Part shown: positions 33,488 through 42,756 of the stretch, piece by piece
Position numbering within the stretch: position 1 is the stretch's first letter
Layout of the letters: each line of letters starts with the position of its first letter
IMG/VR virus record: IMGVR_UViG_3300024240_000004
Coordinates: 1 to 56,076 of that record
DNA: 56,076 bases
Strand: one strand, 5' to 3'
Source of the DNA: a virus
Taxonomy: Duplodnaviria > Caudoviricetes
The notes under the pieces: generated by a model
What the model was told of the DNA's origin: nothing
Database searches by the model: none
Seen by the model: only the letters and a program-made list of their open reading frames with translations
Position numbers and translations under genes: made by a program

Positions 33488-33922
33488 TCAATTTCTCTTT
33501 ATAGGTATTTGTAATTTTATAAATAAATTTTCTGAATCAATTGCGAATCCAATTATTTGAGTAAAATTATTGTCGCCGCCTAAATAAATTTCACCGTTAG
33601 TATTTAAAAGATAATTAGCATTTTGAATCAATCCCCAATTAGGATTATTAATTTTACCAAATGTTCTTATATTTACAGTATCGTTTATTGTCGCCGCGTT
33701 TAAACTCATTCCAATAACTTTATTTAAACAATCGGTATTATTTGCGTCAGCATAAAAAGCTTTTCCATCTTTAATGTAAATCATTCTATTGCCGCTTATA
33801 TTTTCGCCTGCTATTAATTGAGCATTGTCATTGCCAGACGAACCTGTAGTTGTGTAAATATTACCATTAATATTAATTTCAATATTCGGCGGCTTTATAA
33901 TATCGACTTCTATATTATCCAT
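33488..33922 (-). CDS. DUF2190-like structural protein
   Basis: AGENISG..YADA..VIGMSLNAA..VNIRTFG. Confidence 0.65.
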   Translation of the reverse strand: MDNIEVDIIKPPNIEININGNIYTTTGSSGNDNAQLIAGENISGNRMIYIKDGKAFYADANNTDCLNKVIGMSLNAATINDTVNIRTFGKINNPNWGLIQNANYLLNTNGEIYLGGDNNFTQIIGFAIDSENLFIKLQIPIKRN

Positions 33923-34250
33923 TCCACCACCTCGACGTTGTTATTTGAAATTTGTCGCGCGGTAAGGTCATAGGCTCATTATTCAATCCAATTAAATTTA
34001 TTTCCAAATAATAATCAGCAGGTTTTATTGTTAGTTCTTGTGGCGTTAATTGAATTTTTACAGAACCTAATTCAGGATTCGGATAATCAATAAAAGTTTT
34101 AGAAATTATAGGATTCGTTCCATTCGGCGAATCAAATAAATCTAATCTTAATGAAGTACCCGTCAAATCCATAGGCGAATCGTTTATTTTAAAATTTAGA
34201 TTCGTTTCAAAACCATTTCCGCAAGGTATTGATATTAATTCGTTTTGCAT
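33915..34250 (-). CDS. BppU-like baseplate/adaptor domain protein
   Basis: PMDLTG..G.VKIQLTPQE...YYLEI pattern. Confidence 0.6.
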   Translation of the reverse strand: MQNELISIPCGNGFETNLNFKINDSPMDLTGTSLRLDLFDSPNGTNPIISKTFIDYPNPELGSVKIQLTPQELTIKPADYYLEINLIGLNNEPMTLPRDKFQITTSRWWNG

Positions 34251-34254
34251 TTTA

Positions 34255-35622
34255 TTATTCTAAAATTTGTAAATTAGCGTCCATTATATAATTATCGTAT
34301 AATGAACTAACTAAATTAGTATTTGCTAAATTTCCAAAAGTACTATAATCATATATATTACCGGTAGTAGTTCCTGTCATAATAAAATTTTGAGCTCCTA
34401 CCATTCTACAATTATCAGTAATTAAATTATAATTGCCTGTTACGTTTGCGCAATAATTAGTAGTTTTAACTCGACATTGAATTAATGACAAATTACCGCC
34501 GGTCATTATAATAGGTATATCAGTTCCATTTGCCGGAGCTATAAAAGCATTTTTAATTGTTAATGTACCGGAACTTTCATTTATAGAATTAATATAATTT
34601 GATTCAATAACAATTTTATCGCTATTCGTTTGAGAAATACTTGCTATTGAATTTGCTTTTATATTGATATTTGCCGCCGTTTGAAAATTTAGACTATCAA
34701 TATAATTTGAAATTATATTTAAGTTATTGCCGTAAATTGTCATAGCTCCAAATTTATCAGATTCTAAAACTGAATGATCACATTCTAAACTTGTGCCGCC
34801 AATTGAATTAGCTTTTACTTTTACATTTGAAGTACTTTGACCTAAAAGCATACCATCTATAATATTGCCTTCAAAATAAATATTATTTCCGGTAATATTT
34901 AAAGATCCGTAACCGTTATTCTCAATATTTAAAAATCCTTTAACAACAACGTTATCAGTTTCTATTGTTAATGTTGTTATTTTAGTTCCACTATGAAAAT
35001 AAAAATTAATATAAGGGACGTCCATAATTATATCTAAATTATTATTAAAGTCATTTGGAGAGACTTCAATAAGAATAGGAAAATCTATACTCCTATTAAG
35101 AGTTTTAGCGTAATTATAGGCTTCTTGAATATAAATAAAAGTATTTGAATCTTCAATACTATTGTCTGTAAATCTTTTTACGTATAAATGATTATGCGCA
35201 TAAATAGTTTTAACTCCAATATAATCGGCGGATACATGACCAAGATTATTACCGTCGGTATCTTTGGTTGTAAACTTAATTGTGTCAGTGTCTCTGAAAT
35301 AAGACGATAACTCATTGATTACAACATTTTCAACTTCAACATCAAAACCGTCTATAGTATTGACATTTTGATAACCGGTATGATTCTTTCTATCCAATAG
35401 AAAATTTTCATATTGAATATTAACGTTTTCTTTTTCGACTAATCCCAAATCATTAACGTCAATTTGAGTTATATCATCGATATTCGTTTTTACAATTGGA
35501 ATAATACCGCGTTCAGTTGGACCTATACTGATATTTGGAGTTGGAATGTTCATTTGTGTAATCCAAATCCAATAAGACCTCCAAATAATCCCGCGCCGGT
35601 ATGACTTAAAATATCTAACCAT
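34255..35622 (-). CDS. tail fiber/spike protein with beta-helix
   Basis: DRKNHTGYQ fiber motif, YIQEAYNYA beta-helix cap, Asn/Ile ladder repeats; true start probably MNIPTP. Confidence 0.6.
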   Translation of the reverse strand: MVRYFKSYRRGIIWRSYWIWITQMNIPTPNISIGPTERGIIPIVKTNIDDITQIDVNDLGLVEKENVNIQYENFLLDRKNHTGYQNVNTIDGFDVEVENVVINELSSYFRDTDTIKFTTKDTDGNNLGHVSADYIGVKTIYAHNHLYVKRFTDNSIEDSNTFIYIQEAYNYAKTLNRSIDFPILIEVSPNDFNNNLDIIMDVPYINFYFHSGTKITTLTIETDNVVVKGFLNIENNGYGSLNITGNNIYFEGNIIDGMLLGQSTSNVKVKANSIGGTSLECDHSVLESDKFGAMTIYGNNLNIISNYIDSLNFQTAANINIKANSIASISQTNSDKIVIESNYINSINESSGTLTIKNAFIAPANGTDIPIIMTGGNLSLIQCRVKTTNYCANVTGNYNLITDNCRMVGAQNFIMTGTTTGNIYDYSTFGNLANTNLVSSLYDNYIMDANLQILE

Positions 35623-36026
35623 GTTGGACGTTCAACTTTTACAATTTCAATCTTAGTCGTAATCGTATTAATTTCTTTATAAACTAATGGTTTTGGTAAT
35701 AATTTAAGATAAAACGAATCCTGTGGAAAAGCATATTTACTTTGAATTGTATCGCCGTTTAAGATAGTGTCTAATGTGGCTACAAAAGGTTTTGTAGTAA
35801 TGACTTGACCATTATCTATAATAATAGTCGTATCCGATTTATTACTAATATAAATTGGCTTTAAAGTCACCGTCTTTTCAATTGTGTCATAAGTAATTTC
35901 TTTTGTTATACTTGGCTTATCGACGTATTGAATAGTTGGCGCAACTGATCCTTTTCCTATAAAAAAAGATATTGCTATTAAAGCCAAAATTAGTAAACCG
36001 CCGGCGTAATAAATATGCTTATCCAT
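35550..36026 (-). CDS. spanin-like membrane protein
   Basis: N-terminal TM, DTI-type repeats, C-terminal GAGLFGGLIG hydrophobic tail; in lysis cassette. Confidence 0.5.
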   Translation of the reverse strand: MDKHIYYAGGLLILALIAISFFIGKGSVAPTIQYVDKPSITKEITYDTIEKTVTLKPIYISNKSDTTIIIDNGQVITTKPFVATLDTILNGDTIQSKYAFPQDSFYLKLLPKPLVYKEINTITTKIEIVKVERPTWLDILSHTGAGLFGGLIGFGLHK

Positions 36027-36037
36027 TTTGATTCCTT

Positions 36038-36226
36038 TTAAATAAGTTCGTCAAAGTCATCATCATCTAAAATTTCATTAAATTTCCCGGTTATACAAGG
36101 ACACCATTCATTAGTTAATTTTAAACAAACATTGCAAATTCTAACTTCTTTATTTGCAATCATTTGTTTATCTTTATGAGTTTTTTCCCAATTATAACAA
36201 AGTCCGCAACGTTTTTTAATCTGCAT
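36038..36226 (-). CDS. small Cys-rich protein
   Basis: CGLC..C..C..C.C, acidic tail. Confidence 0.5.
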   Translation of the reverse strand: MQIKKRCGLCYNWEKTHKDKQMIANKEVRICNVCLKLTNEWCPCITGKFNEILDDDDFDELI

Positions 36227-36803
36227 TTTCGTAGCTCGAATATGGAGTAATCCAACGTATCCTAAAATGATAATTATAAGGCTCTATACGTCTTGATTTA
36301 AAGTAAACGCCGTCGCCTTCGCTTTGATTTTCTTTCTTAATTCCACTTGTATTAGCCTCAATTGTAGAGCCTGAATTACCGTTCCAATTTTCATTTGCAA
36401 AACCAAAATGACCTTGATATGAATTGTTCTTTTGCCAAATCAAACCGTCGCCTATTTTGATTGATTTTCTATGATTCAGTACGTCTAAAATTGTAAACGA
36501 ACTTTTATTTACGTGGCTTCGCGCTAATCCACTTTTCTTTTGTGGATAAATAACTTTTGCCGAATCTAAACAATAATATCCGAACGCTCCACAATACGGT
36601 GAGCCTAAGGGCGCGTTTACATTCTTATTCCATTTATCAATCCAATAACCACGATTATTTTTTAGTTCTTTTGTCCCTATAAAACTTCGCGCTATTTTAA
36701 TATGCAATGGAATATCATTTAAAGTTGAGTCCAATGAACACGGCAAAAGCGCCAAAAAAAGAAATAGAAATAAGAAGCGCGACCGCGATAAGAAATAAAG
36801 CAT
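36216..36803 (-). CDS. CHAP-family endolysin with N-terminal signal/anchor
   Basis: PYCGAF catalytic Cys, GHFG His, TIEANTS; hydrophobic N-terminus. Confidence 0.8.
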   Translation of the reverse strand: MLYFLSRSRFLFLFLFLALLPCSLDSTLNDIPLHIKIARSFIGTKELKNNRGYWIDKWNKNVNAPLGSPYCGAFGYYCLDSAKVIYPQKKSGLARSHVNKSSFTILDVLNHRKSIKIGDGLIWQKNNSYQGHFGFANENWNGNSGSTIEANTSGIKKENQSEGDGVYFKSRRIEPYNYHFRIRWITPYSSYENAD

Positions 36804-37185
36804 AAGCTACATTCCTATTAGTTATAATTTCTGTAATTGAATCGACTTTGCCCAATAATTTACTTTCTGTAAAACTAAAAATAAAAATTACTATTGCGGA
36901 ACAAAAAGTTCCTGCGGCGAATGCAATTACTTCGTTAAAAATATACTCTCCAATTAAATACAAACCTAATGAAATTCCCAATAGAGTTAATACCCACTTG
37001 AATTCCATAAAAGGTTTGAAAGTATTCGTCGCCAAATTTTCTGCGTCCGTTATTAATTTCGCTTTATTAGATTTTGAAACGAAATAATAAATTGCAAAAC
37101 AAACTATTACTAATAAAACTACATAAGTCCAAAAACTTGTAAACATATTAAATCCTTTGTTTGTTATGATTAGGGCACTGACCAA
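36715..37185 (-). CDS. multi-TM membrane protein (holin candidate, DUF350-like C-terminus)
   Basis: Four hydrophobic segments; EIITNRNVAYALF. Confidence 0.6.
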   Translation of the reverse strand: MVSALIITNKGFNMFTSFWTYVVLLVIVCFAIYYFVSKSNKAKLITDAENLATNTFKPFMEFKWVLTLLGISLGLYLIGEYIFNEVIAFAAGTFCSAIVIFIFSFTESKLLGKVDSITEIITNRNVAYALFLIAVALLISISFFGAFAVFIGLNFK

Positions 37186-37651
37186 ATTGATCGGATATTT
37201 TCTTTAAATTTGATTCGTTCAAATCGCTTATCGTCTTAGTTATATTCAATAAAAAAGTTGTCAATGTACTATTTAACTGCGCATTGCTATTACTTATTAA
37301 ATCCCTAACCTCTTGAACGGCTTTTTTTATTTCTGAAATATTCACGTCTCTAATTTCAAGTTGTTCTTGTAAATATTCACGTTCACTTTCAAACTTTTCT
37401 TTGAATCGTTTAGTTAATTCTTCTTTGTCAGATTCTAAACTATTTAACCATTCGCTATGTTTTAGAACATCGTTTTGCAACGCTTTAAATTCGTTCCTAT
37501 TAGTCTGCTTCTTAGTCAATTCATAGGTAATCCAAACTGCTAATAGAACTGATATAACGCCAATGACTGCGGCAATTAAAGTAGGTAAGGCTCCACTCCA
37601 CGCGTTATGATTTAAGTTTGTTGCAATAATATTTAAAGAATCTATTTGCAA
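37148..37651 (-). CDS. single-TM coiled-coil protein (holin/lysis accessory candidate)
   Basis: LIAAVIGVISVLLAVWI followed by heptads. Confidence 0.55.
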   Translation of the reverse strand: MQIDSLNIIATNLNHNAWSGALPTLIAAVIGVISVLLAVWITYELTKKQTNRNEFKALQNDVLKHSEWLNSLESDKEELTKRFKEKFESEREYLQEQLEIRDVNISEIKKAVQEVRDLISNSNAQLNSTLTTFLLNITKTISDLNESNLKKISDQFGQCPNHNKQRI

Positions 37652-37662
37652 TTTGAAACTCC

Positions 37663-38295
37663 TTATTCGCCAGCATTATAGTAAGTAGTTGTTTGGAAAT
37701 TTAAAACATAATGCCATTCCCCATCGTATTCACCTGTGAACATATCATTTTGAATTATCCACGGTTTGACGCATTTATAACCTTTTATTCGAGAAACGAT
37801 TTGTCTAATTTTTGAAAGCATTCTTAAGGCTCCATTACTATTCCTTTGCGAATATGTAATTAAATATATCATTAACATTGGATACCTTTCTTGACTTCGC
37901 ATTCCCGCAGTGCTACCACCTGCGTCTGTGTAATTCGAGCCGTTATATCTTACAAAGATTGACGAACCATTATTATAATTTATCGGCGTCTCTACATCAT
38001 CTGGAAATAATGAAACGGTAGCCTCCGTAATTCCTTCGAATAAATTTGAAACGATTTGAATTTCCCAAACTTCTTCAATAGATATTTTTTCAATTATAAT
38101 ATCTTTACTTGCTTTTGTTTTTAACGCTTTACAAGAAATAATGAAATTAGTATTATCTATAATTTGTAAGATTACAGCGAATCCTAAACTTATATTATCG
38201 CTTATAAATTTCATACCTACATCTAAATTAGAAGTATCCGCGCAACTAATTTGCGCGGAATCCTTTGTAAAATTATAGGTCATTGTATTAGCCAT
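37663..38295 (-). CDS. tail completion protein (Mu gp37-like) with N-terminal extension
   Basis: IFVRYNGSNY..GALRML..IRQ.V.G..GEWHYVLNF. Confidence 0.65.
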   Translation of the reverse strand: MANTMTYNFTKDSAQISCADTSNLDVGMKFISDNISLGFAVILQIIDNTNFIISCKALKTKASKDIIIEKISIEEVWEIQIVSNLFEGITEATVSLFPDDVETPINYNNGSSIFVRYNGSNYTDAGGSTAGMRSQERYPMLMIYLITYSQRNSNGALRMLSKIRQIVSRIKGYKCVKPWIIQNDMFTGEYDGEWHYVLNFQTTTYYNAGE

Positions 38296-38720
38296 TAATA
38301 TAAATCCATTAGACTTTTAGGAAACTCCGGCGTTCGTTCATTATGTAAATAAAATGATTTACCAATTTGTGGCGCTTCGTCTCCGATACCTTCATCTAAA
38401 ATAATAACGCCGCGCTGTATATCTTTTAGTTGCGAAATAGCATTCGTATATAAATTCTCAAAATCCTTATCCTTATTGCGTCTTTGGAGCAATGAAAACT
38501 TTGCTAAGTTCACACATATAAGTTTGACTACTTCATGTTCACGCTTTAAAGGTAAGGTATATTTTGAACGAATATAAGAATCAATGATAGAACTTGCAGA
38601 TGAAATACAACCATCAACTACGGCTCTATCTATTTCACGCCCTCCATTGTCGCCGCTTAGTTCAGCGATACGGCTCGTTGGCATGCCAAAATTTACTATG
38701 TCATCTAATGTGCAATACAT
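38295..38720 (-). CDS. head-tail adaptor (Mu gp36/DUF1320-like)
   Basis: MYCTLDD, ASSIIDSYI..KY.LPL, YTNAISQLKDIQRG. Confidence 0.85.
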   Translation of the reverse strand: MYCTLDDIVNFGMPTSRIAELSGDNGGREIDRAVVDGCISSASSIIDSYIRSKYTLPLKREHEVVKLICVNLAKFSLLQRRNKDKDFENLYTNAISQLKDIQRGVIILDEGIGDEAPQIGKSFYLHNERTPEFPKSLMDLY

Positions 38721-38721
38721 A

Positions 38722-39096
38722 TTAATTCAACGCTAATTTGACTAAAATAATATCGCCGTCGCCAGTTGCCGCCTCCATTGCAGTACCATAGGCAACATCT
38801 GTAGTTCCTTTTGTAATTGCTTTACCGCTTGTACCGACTGTAATTTGCGCTTTATTAGCAATTGCCGCGCCAGCCATTACGTGAACAATACCGTCAAGGA
38901 TTACAGAGACTTCATCGCCAGCCGCACACGGCAAACCATACATATTAACTTCTTTCGTCACACCTAAAATTGATAAGGCTCCTGTAGCGGCATAATTAAC
39001 TGTGCCGTCTGTTTCCGGCGTGCCAATAAGTCGAGCATTTTCTAAAACTCCAGCCGCTAAGTAAGTGGTTGTTAAACCTTCAACTGTGCATCTCAT
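38722..39096 (-). CDS. capsid decoration/cement protein (DUF2190-like)
   Basis: GDEVSVILDGIVHVMAGAAI..GTAMEAATGDGDIILV. Confidence 0.8.
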   Translation of the reverse strand: MRCTVEGLTTTYLAAGVLENARLIGTPETDGTVNYAATGALSILGVTKEVNMYGLPCAAGDEVSVILDGIVHVMAGAAIANKAQITVGTSGKAITKGTTDVAYGTAMEAATGDGDIILVKLALN

Positions 39097-39108
39097 ATAT
39101 TTTCTCGT

Positions 39109-39315
39109 TTAATTTTTTAAATTATTTTGTTTCTTTTCTTGAATCTTACTATCAGTCGGTTCGTCTGAAATAAATTCAATATCGCCATCCGCTAAAAGAT
39201 ACTTTGCATTTTCTTTTTCAAGTGAAATTTTAGAGCCAACTCCAAATAAAGCTATATTGCCATTTTCAAATTTGGTTAAATTTCCTTTTAAAACTTTATA
39301 TATTGCCATTTTCAT
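39109..39315 (-). CDS. small head-associated protein
   Basis: YKVL..G..ISL..AKYLLADG.I pattern typical of genes just after a capsid gene. Confidence 0.6.
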   Translation of the reverse strand: MKMAIYKVLKGNLTKFENGNIALFGVGSKISLEKENAKYLLADGDIEFISDEPTDSKIQEKKQNNLKN

Positions 39316-39328
39316 TCTCGTTTAATTT

Positions 39329-39402
39329 AAAAAATAAGTCTCGCAAAATTTAACGCAACAATAATTAAATTTGTCTTGCTTTAAAATATAATGCGAGACT
39401 TA
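39329..39402 (-). terminator. long-loop terminator after capsid gene
   Basis: TAAGTCTCGCA/TGCGAGACTTA plus TTTTTT. Confidence 0.65.
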
Positions 39403-39408
39403 ATTTAA

Positions 39409-40350
39409 TTAAAATTTTGTAGGATCAATAGGGTTCTTTAAATAAAATCCCGCGTCCTTACCTACGATTTTAATATCGTAATTGTCTGTTGCTCTATAAC
39501 AATCGACCTTACCATCCTTAGTAAATTCGTCTGCATAAGGATTGCCTTTCAATTGCAAAGTATAACCAAAAGCAGGCTCATAAGGAGTTGAATTTAATGC
39601 CTGAGCAGGTTTGATATAACCAGCCCAAATACCGTTGCCCCAAATTGGTTTAAAAGAACCATCGGTATTTAAAGTATTTGCATTCGCAATCAAAATTCTA
39701 TCTACGCCTAATAATTGAGCTAAGAAATCAGTAGTTAAAAGAGGTGTCGTTCCTAATGCGAAGTATTTTTTTATCGACGCCTGACTTCTTAAGAATCTAT
39801 AAACGCCAGCCGGTATAACATATGTATTTGGATATTCGCCAATTTGCGAACGAACTTTTTCATTCACATTTTCATACAAATATTTTATAACATCTGTATC
39901 GTCAATATCTAAATATGTTCCAGCCGTTAATGTAGCTTTGTTTGTATCGTCATAACTATCCAAATTAAAAAGCAAATTAGCCATTTGCGCTTCGCGTCCT
40001 AATGCTATTGCTCTCGTAGCCGATTCAATTGATGCTTTCTTTCTGTCAAAACTTGCGTGATCTCTTTCTAAGTAATCTAATTCAACGACCGCATCATACT
40101 CTCTACATTGATAAGTAGTAGTCTGAACATCGCCTTCGCCGATAACATTAGATTTTGCTCTCAATGCGCGTCTTGTATCGTAAAGCGTCATATCATTTTT
40201 ACCAAACAAAGGAATCTGAGCGCTAAGTAAATCGACGCTTACTATTGGAAAAATCTCTGTACCAATTAACTGACCATTATGATAACCACGTGCGAGTGTG
40301 GTTAAGAGTGGACTTATCTTTATATCTGGATAACCAGTGCTTACAGCCAT
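39409..40350 (-). CDS. major capsid protein
   Basis: PLLTTLARGY.N..LIGTEIFP.V, PAFGYT; follows protease/scaffold gene. Confidence 0.88.
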   Translation of the reverse strand: MAVSTGYPDIKISPLLTTLARGYHNGQLIGTEIFPIVSVDLLSAQIPLFGKNDMTLYDTRRALRAKSNVIGEGDVQTTTYQCREYDAVVELDYLERDHASFDRKKASIESATRAIALGREAQMANLLFNLDSYDDTNKATLTAGTYLDIDDTDVIKYLYENVNEKVRSQIGEYPNTYVIPAGVYRFLRSQASIKKYFALGTTPLLTTDFLAQLLGVDRILIANANTLNTDGSFKPIWGNGIWAGYIKPAQALNSTPYEPAFGYTLQLKGNPYADEFTKDGKVDCYRATDNYDIKIVGKDAGFYLKNPIDPTKF

Positions 40351-40383
40351 TTTACACCCTATTGTTTTTTATAAATTAATTGT

Positions 40384-42096
40384 TTATTTGCCGATTTTTG
40401 CATAGGCGTCTTTTAAACTCAATTCCTGACCTTTTGATTTAGCCTCCGCCATTAAATTTATTGCTTCAAAATATTCAGGTTCGTCTGCTATCGTCATATA
40501 TTTTTCATTGTATTGCAATGGCAAATCAAAACCCGCTGGAGTTGTTTCTGACTGCATACCTTTTTTTGCTAATTCACTAAATTCAACTGCTTTTGGGAAT
40601 GAATTGATAAGGCGTTTAATAGCGTCTTTTCCGGAACCTTTTTTACCTTTTTCACTAAACTGCATTTCTTTAACTGGATGTACGGCATTGAAGGCATCTT
40701 CAATAAATGGAATTTGCGCAGGCGTAATTTTGCCTAATACTTTTTGCTCTGAAAAATAGATATTATTATCAGCAATTTCTTTTTGAATTTTCAAAGTTGC
40801 AATTTCTTTTTGCATTTCTGCAAATTGCGTTTGCATTGGTTCGGAAAGAGTTGCGGTATTAGTGGCGGCTGTGGCTGGCTTAGTGGCGTCTTCTGCTTTT
40901 TCTTGATCGGCAGTTTCAGTTTCCCAGTATTTAGGATCTGCGGATAAGGCTGTCATTAACGAACCTACGCCGGCGGCTATTTCTGCGGAAAATTGCTCAT
41001 TAACTTTTGCAAGTAAATCAGTTTGGAACTGATTGAATAAATCTTCGGACATTTCTTTTACGTCCATTTTATCCTCTGCGAATGGTTTATTTAAAATATT
41101 TGGTTTTGTCATATTCGCAATAACTTTTAGTAATTGCGGTTTTGAAAGCATATCGGCGCCAACTGAAAGTACGGGAGCCGAAACGCCGTCTTCATAAATT
41201 AAAACGCCTTTCAATTCTTTCTTAGAATTGTTGGCATAAGAACTAATTGCGTTATGTTTACCGTCTTTGGAAAACTTATTTAAGACTTCGCTATACGCCC
41301 AGTCATAACCTTGCATACTTATCTTATTTCCAATAGCGGCATTAATAAGTTTTGCCTCAATAATATTTTGTTCTTTCTCGCTATAAACTTCTTTGTTTGC
41401 TTTTTTGCTCCATGAACCTAAGGAACCTTTAATAGTTTTTGCCGTTAAAGGGAATTTATAATGAACTGGGTCGGCAAAGTCTGCGTCATTTAAATCAGCA
41501 TACTCCGTCGGCTTTACATTTTGCATATCTTTTTGCGGCTTTATTCCAAAATAATACGAACGCTTGTTTTGGTCTTCTATGTATTGAGTATCGACAATTG
41601 GAATTACTTTTTCAATTGGATTCAAAGCGTCTGAATAAATAGTAAAAGAACGTCCCTTATCATTGAAAGCCATCGGCTCCAAACCTTTTACTGCGGGTGG
41701 CTGTCCGCCCAAAGCCGCGACGTGTCTTAAAAGTCCGTTGCCATAAAATGCCGCTGACTTCATTTTGTACGCGCCGTCTTTTACAAGTTCTCTAAACTTT
41801 TCCGGTATATCTTTAATGTAAGCAATAAGTTTGTCGCCCTCTACGCCTAATTTTTCAACCCACCCCATAGCAGGCGCGGCGGCGTCATTTACTTCGCCGG
41901 CATCTTTAACTTCTTGTTCTTCAGGGTGACCTAAAACAATTGGCGCATAATGCCTTTCTTCTTCAGGTTGGTTATTATACATATCAGCGCGACGTTGCAA
42001 CTCCGCTTGATCAAAGGTCATAGTAGTACCGTTCGCGTCCGTATGCGTCCCGGTCTTAAATATTTCCTCTTTATGTAGCGGCATATCATTTGGCAT
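40384..42096 (-). CDS. Mu-I-like prohead protease/scaffold
   Basis: EIFKTGTH, APIVLGHP, PAMGWV, YKMKSAAF, LRHVAALGGQPPAVKGL; C-terminal scaffold with F(A/S)E repeats. Confidence 0.88.
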   Translation of the reverse strand: MPNDMPLHKEEIFKTGTHTDANGTTMTFDQAELQRRADMYNNQPEEERHYAPIVLGHPEEQEVKDAGEVNDAAAPAMGWVEKLGVEGDKLIAYIKDIPEKFRELVKDGAYKMKSAAFYGNGLLRHVAALGGQPPAVKGLEPMAFNDKGRSFTIYSDALNPIEKVIPIVDTQYIEDQNKRSYYFGIKPQKDMQNVKPTEYADLNDADFADPVHYKFPLTAKTIKGSLGSWSKKANKEVYSEKEQNIIEAKLINAAIGNKISMQGYDWAYSEVLNKFSKDGKHNAISSYANNSKKELKGVLIYEDGVSAPVLSVGADMLSKPQLLKVIANMTKPNILNKPFAEDKMDVKEMSEDLFNQFQTDLLAKVNEQFSAEIAAGVGSLMTALSADPKYWETETADQEKAEDATKPATAATNTATLSEPMQTQFAEMQKEIATLKIQKEIADNNIYFSEQKVLGKITPAQIPFIEDAFNAVHPVKEMQFSEKGKKGSGKDAIKRLINSFPKAVEFSELAKKGMQSETTPAGFDLPLQYNEKYMTIADEPEYFEAINLMAEAKSKGQELSLKDAYAKIGK

Positions 42097-42139
42097 ACTC
42101 GCCTCTAACTTTATTTTAAATTTGTTTACTTATTTTTTG

Positions 42140-42171
42140 CAAATATACACAATAAATTTGTAATTTCCAAA
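42140..42171 (-). promoter_or_regulatory. promoter for capsid/tail arm
   Basis: TTTG-N20-TATATTTG. Confidence 0.75.
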
Positions 42172-42188
42172 AATATTTCGTATATTTG
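42157..42188 (+). promoter_or_regulatory. overlapping divergent promoter for packaging arm
   Basis: TTTG-N20-TATATTTG. Confidence 0.75.
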
Positions 42189-42248
42189 TACATTAAAAAT
42201 AGCATACGATATTTTTGATGTACTATTTTAGATATTTTTGATAAATTT

Positions 42249-42605
42249 ATGAGCAAAAAATTATTACATTCTTTAGATGGATATTTCTCAAAATTTATCA
42301 GACAGCGCGATTTAGTTAATGGTATTGCGACTTGTTTCACGTGCGGTAAAAAAGATAGTTGGCAAAATATGGATTGTGGTCATTTCATTCCACGCGGTTA
42401 TATTTATACACGTTTTAACGAAATAAATTGTCAAGTCCAATGTAAAGAATGTAATCAATTTAAGAATGGAAATTTAGAAGTCTTTGAAATGGAACTTACT
42501 GAAAAATATGGAATAGAAAAAGTAAATGAACTTAAAGATTCTAAATTTAAAATAAGAAAGTATCGCGACTTTGAACTAAAATCGTTAATTGAATATTACA
42601 AATAA
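42249..42605 (+). CDS. ninG: NinG/Rap-like recombination endonuclease
   Basis: FSKFIRQRD, CFTCG, DCGHFI, RFNEINCQVQCKECN. Confidence 0.88.
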   Translation: MSKKLLHSLDGYFSKFIRQRDLVNGIATCFTCGKKDSWQNMDCGHFIPRGYIYTRFNEINCQVQCKECNQFKNGNLEVFEMELTEKYGIEKVNELKDSKFKIRKYRDFELKSLIEYYK

Positions 42606-42607
42606 GA

Positions 42608-42752
42608 TTTGGAACTGTTAAAATTTATCCGTATTTTTGTAAAGAAATAAAAACATACGGGCGGTATGAAAAAATTTAATAAGAGTTTGCTTTAATCTTA
42701 AATTTTCCGCCCGATTATTTAATGATTATCTATTAAGCAAACTCTTTTTTTA
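42608..42752 (+). promoter_or_regulatory. promoter plus attenuator-like leader C
   Basis: TTTG-N20-TATTTTTG; stem AAGAGTTTGCTT (42681)/AAGCAAACTCTT (42735) plus T-run; CGGGCGG (42658) complementary to loop CCGCCCG (42707). Confidence 0.7.
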
Positions 42753-42756
42753 TTTT

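Noticed and set aside
42116-42340. 74-aa minus-strand ORF
   Set aside because: Spans the divergent promoter region and is antisense to ninG
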